Shown: in pieces, positions 57,301-64,000 of the stretch
How the letters are laid out: each line of letters starts with the position of its first letter
Numbering within the stretch: position 1 is the first letter of the stretch
Source: Octopus sinensis
Taxonomy: Eukaryota
Length of the DNA stretch: 64,000 nucleotides
Reading direction: 5' to 3'
NCBI RefSeq assembly: GCF_006345805.1
Contig: NC_042998.1
Location: forward strand, 174,840,001-174,904,000
Translations under genes and position numbers: made by a program
Notes under the pieces: generated by a model
The model's input: the letters and a program-made list of their open reading frames with translations, nothing else
Databases searched by the model: none
Told to the model about the DNA's origin: nothing

Positions 57301-58353
57301 AAAAAAAAATTAGGCAATTTTTATTAATTAGGTGGCCTAATTACCGATAGAGTGACTCTTGTGAAAGTGTTGTAACTAGAATAAGATATAAATGCATGAC
57401 ATTCAGGGAGCTTTTGTCTCTGCTAGCAACCAGGATGGCTTCCATGTGGCTGAGTAACCTGCTTAAAATAGCAGCTAAATAGCCGAAAAATTTCACCTTG
57501 CCATTTTTACAAAGGTGGGATTATACTTGATAATGTAACACTAGATAAGCAGTAACTGAAAAAATACCAAATGTTCATAGCTGGAACAGCTTGTATCAAA
57601 TGTCTGCTTGATCAGAGCTGACTTGCAGATGAATACATAAAAGGCAAGGACCGAAATTACTTTAACCTGCTATATTCAACCTTGTAGAGGACAATGAACC
57701 CATGTTTGAACTAGATGTGATCGTATCTAGGTGTCTATTGAGCTGGTCATTGTCCACTCAGGCTGAAGCTGTAATTTAGTTCCTAGTCCTTAATATGATA
57801 CAAAGAACTAAGCTTTTGTACCAAATTGAAATGAAAATTAAACATTACCAAGTTCAATATGTCATTGCTAAGAAAGCTGAAAGAGTGGTGTTGGATTCTA
57901 TGGTTAGTAACGCTTATGAAAAGCAGCTTTCTTAAGTATTCTTAATGTAAATGGACAAAATTGAGTTTCAGATCAGCCTCGATCAAACAAACCAAAATTG
58001 TTCCTGAAATTGTTCCAGAAACTTGTGATACTTGTGTAGATAATCAAGTGTTGCTAATTACCATTGTTAATGCAGAGAACCTGATTGGTCCATTAGAAAC
58101 TTGCAACTAACAATGCTACTGTTCACAAAATGTGGCACAAAATATATATAAATAATTGAGTGAGCATCATTACAAACACTTTTTGGCCAGGTTACTAGGA
58201 CACAAAAAGTTCAATTTTAAAAAATTACACTAACACCTCAACACATTCTATCACTTCACCCACCCCACCTCAAAAATGGTATGGTATTCCCAACAATTAA
58301 TCTGATAATCAAGTGGTGAAAGTATTTGTATAGACATTATATGGGTATCTATC

Positions 58354-58760
58354 AGGAGTGGCTGTGTGGTAAGTAGCTTGCTTGTCAATAACATGGTTCC
58401 GGGTTAAGTCCCACTGCGTGGCAACTTGGGCAAGTGTCTTCTATTATAGCCTTGGGCCGACCAAAGCCTTGTGAGTGGATTTGGTAGATGGAAACTGAAA
58501 GAAGCCCATTGTATATATGTATATGTATATATATGTGTGTGTGTGTTTGTGTGTCTGTGTTTGTCCCCCCCAACATCGCTTGACAACCGATGCTAGTGTG
58601 TTTACGTCCCCGTAACTTAGTGGTTCGGCAAAAGAAACCGATAGAATAAATACTAGGCTTGCAAAGAATAAGTCCTGGGGTCAATTTGCTTGATTAAAGG
58701 CGGTGCTCCAGCATGGCTGCAATCAAATGACTGAAACAAGTAAAAGAGTAAAAGAGTATT
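58354..58760 (+). mobile_element. SINE A, full length, young
   Basis: Complete head, body and (taaaagag) tail. Confidence 0.9.
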
Positions 58761-59508
58761 GAAAACTTTTCAATCTATCACCACATGCTCAAATTCCTTC
58801 TGAACTTTAAGATCTGTCAGACACCAAGGATATTATGAATCGTCTCTGGCATAACTGATCATGTAAGTTTACATTGTTAGTTGCTATTCCAAAATTTCCA
58901 GTCATTAACTCTTGCAGTACAGTTCACTAAAACAGGTTTGGTTGCACCAAACTGAGATATAGGTCACTAGATATATAGTCCTATCATGACACTAACATTC
59001 AAATATCAACAAGATATTGTATTATTCTATATTTTTTAGATGGGGATTTATGTACATTATTTACAATGGATGTGTAAGGGCCATGTAATGTGAGGTGACG
59101 AGAATGGCTCTTTCATACTACACCACACAGCCATTACAATGAAGGAAAAATGAATGGAACATTTAAATGCCAGATGGGAGAAGACAACCGCTTAAGAATG
59201 ATTAAGAAAACATTGATATGTTAACATGTGTGTCTGTGTGTGCATCATGTATACAGAATAATAGACAGGCCGTCATGAGAACAAAATGCATGTGTACGTG
59301 TAAGCATAGATATGTGCACGTGTTAAGAATATATAAGGATGGCAATGAAAAAGAAGACAGTAAAAGAGTCCATGAGCCATGGAAGTGAGAAGTAAGTTCA
59401 TAGACACAAGAAAGATAATACTAGTTCATAGTCATTAGTACACTGTAGCTGAAATACTGTATCAAGAAGTCACAGCCATGATGCTGAACCAGTTACAGGT
59501 ACATATCA

Positions 59509-59709
59509 GATGGCAGTGAGCTGGCAGAGACATTAGCAAACCAGGTGAAATGCTTAGCAGTATTTCGTCTGCGGTTACATTGTGAGTTCAAATTCCACCG
59601 AGGTCAACTTTGCCTTTCATCCTCTTGGGGTCAATAAATTAAGTACCAGTTATGCACTAGGGTCAATGTAAACGACTTAATACCTATGTCTGTCCTTGTT
59701 TAAAGAAAT
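59509..59709 (+). mobile_element. SINE B with a 12-bp TSD (aggtacatatca)
   Basis: TSD at 59497-59508 and 59710-59721. Confidence 0.85.
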
Positions 59710-59729
59710 AGGTACATATCATATGTGAA

Positions 59730-60230
59730 GTCATGGCTGTGATGTTACTGCCTAGGTCACTTGTACAGGAGTTTGTACAAGTTGTATATTTGCTGTTGAT
59801 CCATGGTGAAATAATTCATGAACAGTGGACGGTTAGAACCTGGGTGAATTGCTTGCTGAGCTGTATATGTAGAGATATTGATGACATTAAGGACATGATG
59901 GTAGCGATGAAGAAGGAGGTTGCCATAATGCTGTTGGACGAAGTTGGTAAGTCTCAACGTAGCTGCTGTGGTGGCGGTGTTGTTGCTGGAACTGGTTATG
60001 TCTTTGTGGTCAGTGACTAGACCTTTTAAGGTCTAGAACCAAAGACATCGAAACGAGGAAAAGCTGAGTTTTTATAAGGAGCTGTAGGCTCAAACAGGGC
60101 AGTAAACAGACTGTCCCATGTGATACTATTTAGAACCTCTGATTGGTTATACATGGTAAGTTGGTGTGACCAAGTAAGAGATAAATTGCACCAATACCAA
60201 CCAATCACTGTAGTGGACACAATGGGATTC
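59730..60230 (-). mobile_element. Unclassified TE-like fragment, possibly a PLE 5' region
   Basis: Compositionally distinct block with a short open frame and an upstream hairpin; no diagnostic motif. Confidence 0.25.
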
Positions 60231-61370
60231 AGCTAGCGGCCATAGGCTAGCTGTTCCCTGCTACGTTCGGATGCATGTGTATATAATAAAAGGAGAGAAG
60301 AATTTCACCCAAGTCTATGCTACAGATGGATAGGTGTCCTCACCTTGTTTGTTGTTACCACAATGTTTCAACTGATGTATTCTCCAGCCCTCTTCAAGTG
60401 TTCTGTTGGAATTTCAAACCCAACCCTTTATTTGACTAATGGAGTACTCTGTTCTCATTCCTATGATATTCTTTTTTTTTTGCTGATGTTATCTTTTGTT
60501 GATATTATTTTCCCAAGTCACTGCCAGGGATTGAACTCAGAATCTGAAGGTTAGTAGCCCATGCTCTTATTCACTATACTAGGCATATATTGTGGTGGAT
60601 AAAAGCACAAGCTACTAACCATCTAACTGGGTAACCATATATCTCCTCTACAGCAGGACACCTGTTTCTGTCTTTCTGTCACTCTCTAACCTTTCATCCT
60701 ATGAAACATGATCACCTCCTCCAATGCCTCCTCCTCTCTCAAAGGATCTTTGTCTTGCAAGGTATTGGTGACCCTGCCATGTAAAAAGCATCCTGTCCAC
60801 ACTGTAAAGTGGTTGGCATTTGGAAAGGGCATCTAGTTGTAAAAACTATGCCAAAACTGACCTTACCTGTGCTCATGCCATGTAAAAAGCACTCAGTCCA
60901 CTCTGCAGGGATGCTTGGTGTTAGGAAGGGCATCCAGCAGTAAAAACAAACAGTAAAGCATGGTGCAGTCTGCTGGCTAACCAGCTCTTGTCAAACCATC
61001 AAACCCATACCAGCATGGAAAGCATCCACCCCCATACATCTTAGCCCAGCTGGCACATACAGATGCAGGAACAAGGTCTGTTTTTAATTGACGGAGGTCC
61101 TACCATATCTGATAGCATGAACAAATGTAGTCATATTAGACACACCCCAGTTGCAGCAGCACATATTCAGGTGCAAAAAGAGTTTTTAGGGCATTAAAGT
61201 TTATGAGAATCCCAACATCACATCTAAGATCTGGGGTGTTCTTTTTCTCTTTTTGAGACTTTCTTTGGAAAAAATGCATGTCTAATATACCATGCAGTAC
61301 AATAAATAGAAATATTTCGTTTTTGGATTTGGTTTGCAAGATTCTTTATATGAGTTCATGTGTTGAAGCA

Positions 61371-61592
61371 TATTCTGTTGTGTCTGGGGAGAGTCATTTT
61401 CTTTTTGTGCCTTATTATGTAACACACTCACTGGTAAAATTTCCGGACAGAGTCAAAACTATTGAAAAGGTTGCAAGGCGCAACGAAAATTTTAGGACAA
61501 TAAAAATAAGAAAAACGTGGAAATTTTATCGGTGAGCGTGTTACATAATAAGGCACAAAAAGAAAATTACTCTCCCCAGACACAATAGAATA
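61371..61592. mobile_element. Fold-back MITE with arms of about 74 bp (61371-61444/61519-61592); a partial copy lies at about 13800-13910
   Basis: tattctgttgtgtctggggagagtcattttctttttgtgccttattatgtaacac... and its near-exact reverse complement. Confidence 0.8.
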
Positions 61593-62078
61593 AATAGAAA
61601 GATAGATAGAAGTGATTATCTTTATGGAAAAACTTATATTTTTAAATTTTGCTTCTGTGCTTCAAATACTCAATGAAAATTGCGTTCATTCAAGTTCTTC
61701 AATTATACAAGACTACCACATCTCTCTTACATAATCTGCACTGAGCTTTAATACTTGCATTCTACTATGAAGCTTTTAGACATAATCAGTGTCATAGAAA
61801 ACTTATTCGTCCAAAGAAACCAAGATAATCAAATATGTCACCCATCCTACAATATATGTATTATATAAAATCAGTTACTTTTTATCCTCAATCTAATTGG
61901 TTTCCACTTACAGCTAGGTAACTTGGCCATTAAAAAGTAAGTGTTGAGGTTATGTATTCAAACTGTCAACAATCCAGCTTATTATTGTCAAGTGCTATCA
62001 TCCATGGCTTTCATTCATTTATATATATCAGTGTCAACTGGTTCTCAATGCAAACAATAAACAGTTTCACAGTCATCG

Positions 62079-62118
<40 letters not shown>

Positions 62119-62191
62119 CATATGAATGAAAGTCGTGTTTGTGTGTGTGTGTGTGTTTGCATATATATGTATATTTATGTATGTATACATA

Positions 62192-62665
62192 CAGGGTGCG
62201 ATGGGTAAATTGTTGCCATTTTATATTTTTAATTTCATGCATGTGCATTGTTTGTTTTTGATTTTGTTGACCACCCTATATAATAGGGTCAATTGGGCAC
62301 CATCTGTGAGAAAAACAGCATTATGATGCAATTCGCTCTGCCAGAAATTTAGAAATGACATGCTGTGCTGCTTAGCATTCACACCAGAAGCTCCAATACA
62401 AATATTTCAGAGTATTTGAGTGTCAATCTGAGGACAGCACAGAGGATTCGTAAAGAGTTGAATGGGTCTAATGGTGATTATGAAGGTACAGGAGCTCAGA
62501 AAACTCACTCTGATCGTTCTGATAAGAAAAGAACTCCTGAATTTGTTGGTGAGATCCAGGCCATGATTGACAACAATACCTCCAAGTCAATCAGATCCAT
62601 CGCCAGGGACATGGTAGTGTCTGAGTTTCCTATCAGGCAAGTAGTGCATGAAAATAATCGGTATT
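62192..62665 (+). mobile_element. Tc1/mariner (maT-like) 5' half with transposase N-terminus, cut by the LTR insertion
   Basis: TA|CAGGGTG TIR; HTH-like ORF ...SKSIRSIARDMVVSEFPIRQVVHENNRY stops abruptly at the LTR. Confidence 0.85.
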
Positions 62666-63250
62666 TGTAGTGGATGCGTGGATGTATTAATAAATACATA
62701 AGTGCTTTGTAATAAATTAAAGATTTATTATCACTACATCAATTTGTAAGCAATGTTACACATCGCTTGTACAAAATGCATATTAAATAGTGGTTGCAAA
62801 TAATACATATTAAAGGAATGCATAATACAGGATACACATTAAAGCAGAATATGTTTGATGGTGTGTGTGTGTGCGTGTGTGTAAATCATGCATGACAGAG
62901 TCACCTTTCTGATTATTCTTTCGTCGTCCTCATAAATGCGTGGCGTTCTCTTAAACGTTGGTTCGGGTTCTCTCTAGATACCTATTTCTCCGTTCTATTT
63001 ATAACATCTCAAATAGCCAGAAAAATAGATATACCGCAAGAGTGTTATTGCGTACAGTAGGTCGCTGGTCGTCCTGTTAAACTTCGCCTGACCTGCTCGG
63101 GTCAGAGGTCGAAGGGAGACGATCCATCATTTTTTGTCAGAACAAAGAGATTCTGATTTCGCGCCTTTTTGTGCATTGGTATTTTACGACCAATGATTCT
63201 TGGGTCTGATTTCGAATCCAAGCTTTGAAAAGGAAGTGCTAATTCTTACA
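62666..63250 (-). mobile_element. 3' LTR (585 bp) of a Ty3/Gypsy-like retrotransposon
   Basis: TGTA...TACA termini; adjacent polypurine tract agaaggggggtag (63251-63263, minus strand); TATA-like tataaat and AATAAA on the minus strand. Confidence 0.85.
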
Positions 63251-63817
63251 CTACCCCCCTTCTAGTGAGAAAGCCACAGAGATCGAACGATATTGGAAAT
63301 GTATTATATTATTATTTTTATTATTTTTTTTTTTTGATTGTGTGCATGTAGAAAAAAAATTTTTTTTACACATTGAACGATAAAAATATGGATGAAAGGT
63401 TTACAATTTGTATGTGCTATATGGTGGGCAATATGTATATGTGCCCAGGCAGAATTATGTTGGCGCGTTGAAAGAGATGTGCGTCTATTGATTACTCGAC
63501 CTACTAGAGGTCTAATAGAGACAAGGTATCTTTCAGTGGCGAAAAAAAAAATCGAGTGATAGCACGCATGAGAACAAGATTTGTAAATGTGTGTGGATAT
63601 ACAGTTAGCAAAAAAATATTTTATGAGAAAGCAAACATTTTGAAGAGAAAACAAAAAATATGTACATGCAAAAATGAAAGAAATGTTCATCGGCAAAGTT
63701 CGATTTTGAAATGTTCCGTAAAAGTTCATACAGACAGTTTTTGTTTTCATTTTTTTTTTTCTTACGTACACAAATGTTCTTTGATTTCTCTGGGTGGGTG
63801 ATGCAGTTATGTGTTCA

Positions 63818-64000
63818 TTAGGAAGATGGATACGTTAGGAGTTCAGAACTTACCCGAAAAACTTGCACAAACCTTGCTGGCCATCGAACTGTTCTTCCTG
63901 ATTTGGTGTGTCGGGGTTGTGCAGCATCTGTGGTGTTCGCTGGAGTTGCCGAGTCTGTTTGAGGAAAAGAGGGGACTGAATGTAAGTCCTCCTCGATGAA
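63818..64000 (-). CDS. C-terminal 60 aa of a Gypsy-like pol/integrase, continuing beyond the window
   Basis: Open frame from the window edge FIEEDL...HTKSGRTVRWPARF...*; T(R/K)SGRxVRxPxR is a common Gypsy integrase tail; lies upstream of the PPT and LTR. Confidence 0.7.
   Translation of the reverse strand, partial: FIEEDLHSVPSFPQTDSATPANTTDAAQPRHTKSGRTVRWPARFVQVFRVSSELLTYPSS

Overview
This is AT-rich eukaryotic DNA, dense in microsatellites and transposable elements. It is most likely octopus or another coleoid cephalopod, inferred from the SINE and LINE families (not verified). The one solid host gene is a complete KRIT1/CCM1 orthologue on the + strand. I reconstructed it by hand as 16 coding exons from 19311 to 46578. 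The joined CDS is 2187 nt, all splice phases are compatible, and it encodes 728 aa: an N-terminal Nudix-like domain, an NPxY/F region, ankyrin repeats and a FERM domain. It has a candidate CpG-rich promoter and 5'UTR exon near 9 kb. Most of the remainder is mobile DNA: a 5'-truncated CR1-type LINE with five in-frame stops and no frameshift, RTE LINE fragments with many 3'-tail copies, Dong/R4-type and Penelope-like remnants, two tRNA-derived SINE families, Tc1/mariner (maT-like) and piggyBac-like non-autonomous elements, and the 3' end of a Ty3/Gypsy LTR element inserted in a mariner copy at the right edge. I found no convincing previously undescribed biological system. The best leads are: (i) a rewired KRIT1 interaction surface (third NPxY/F motif lost, putative HEG1 pocket kept, Rap1 face altered); (ii) a KRIT1 splice junction readable as either GT-AG or AT-AC; (iii) a LINE/SINE shared 3' stem-loop with compensatory base changes; (iv) a hammerhead-like motif. 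Comparisons to human KRIT1 rely on my recollection of that sequence and need checking by alignment.
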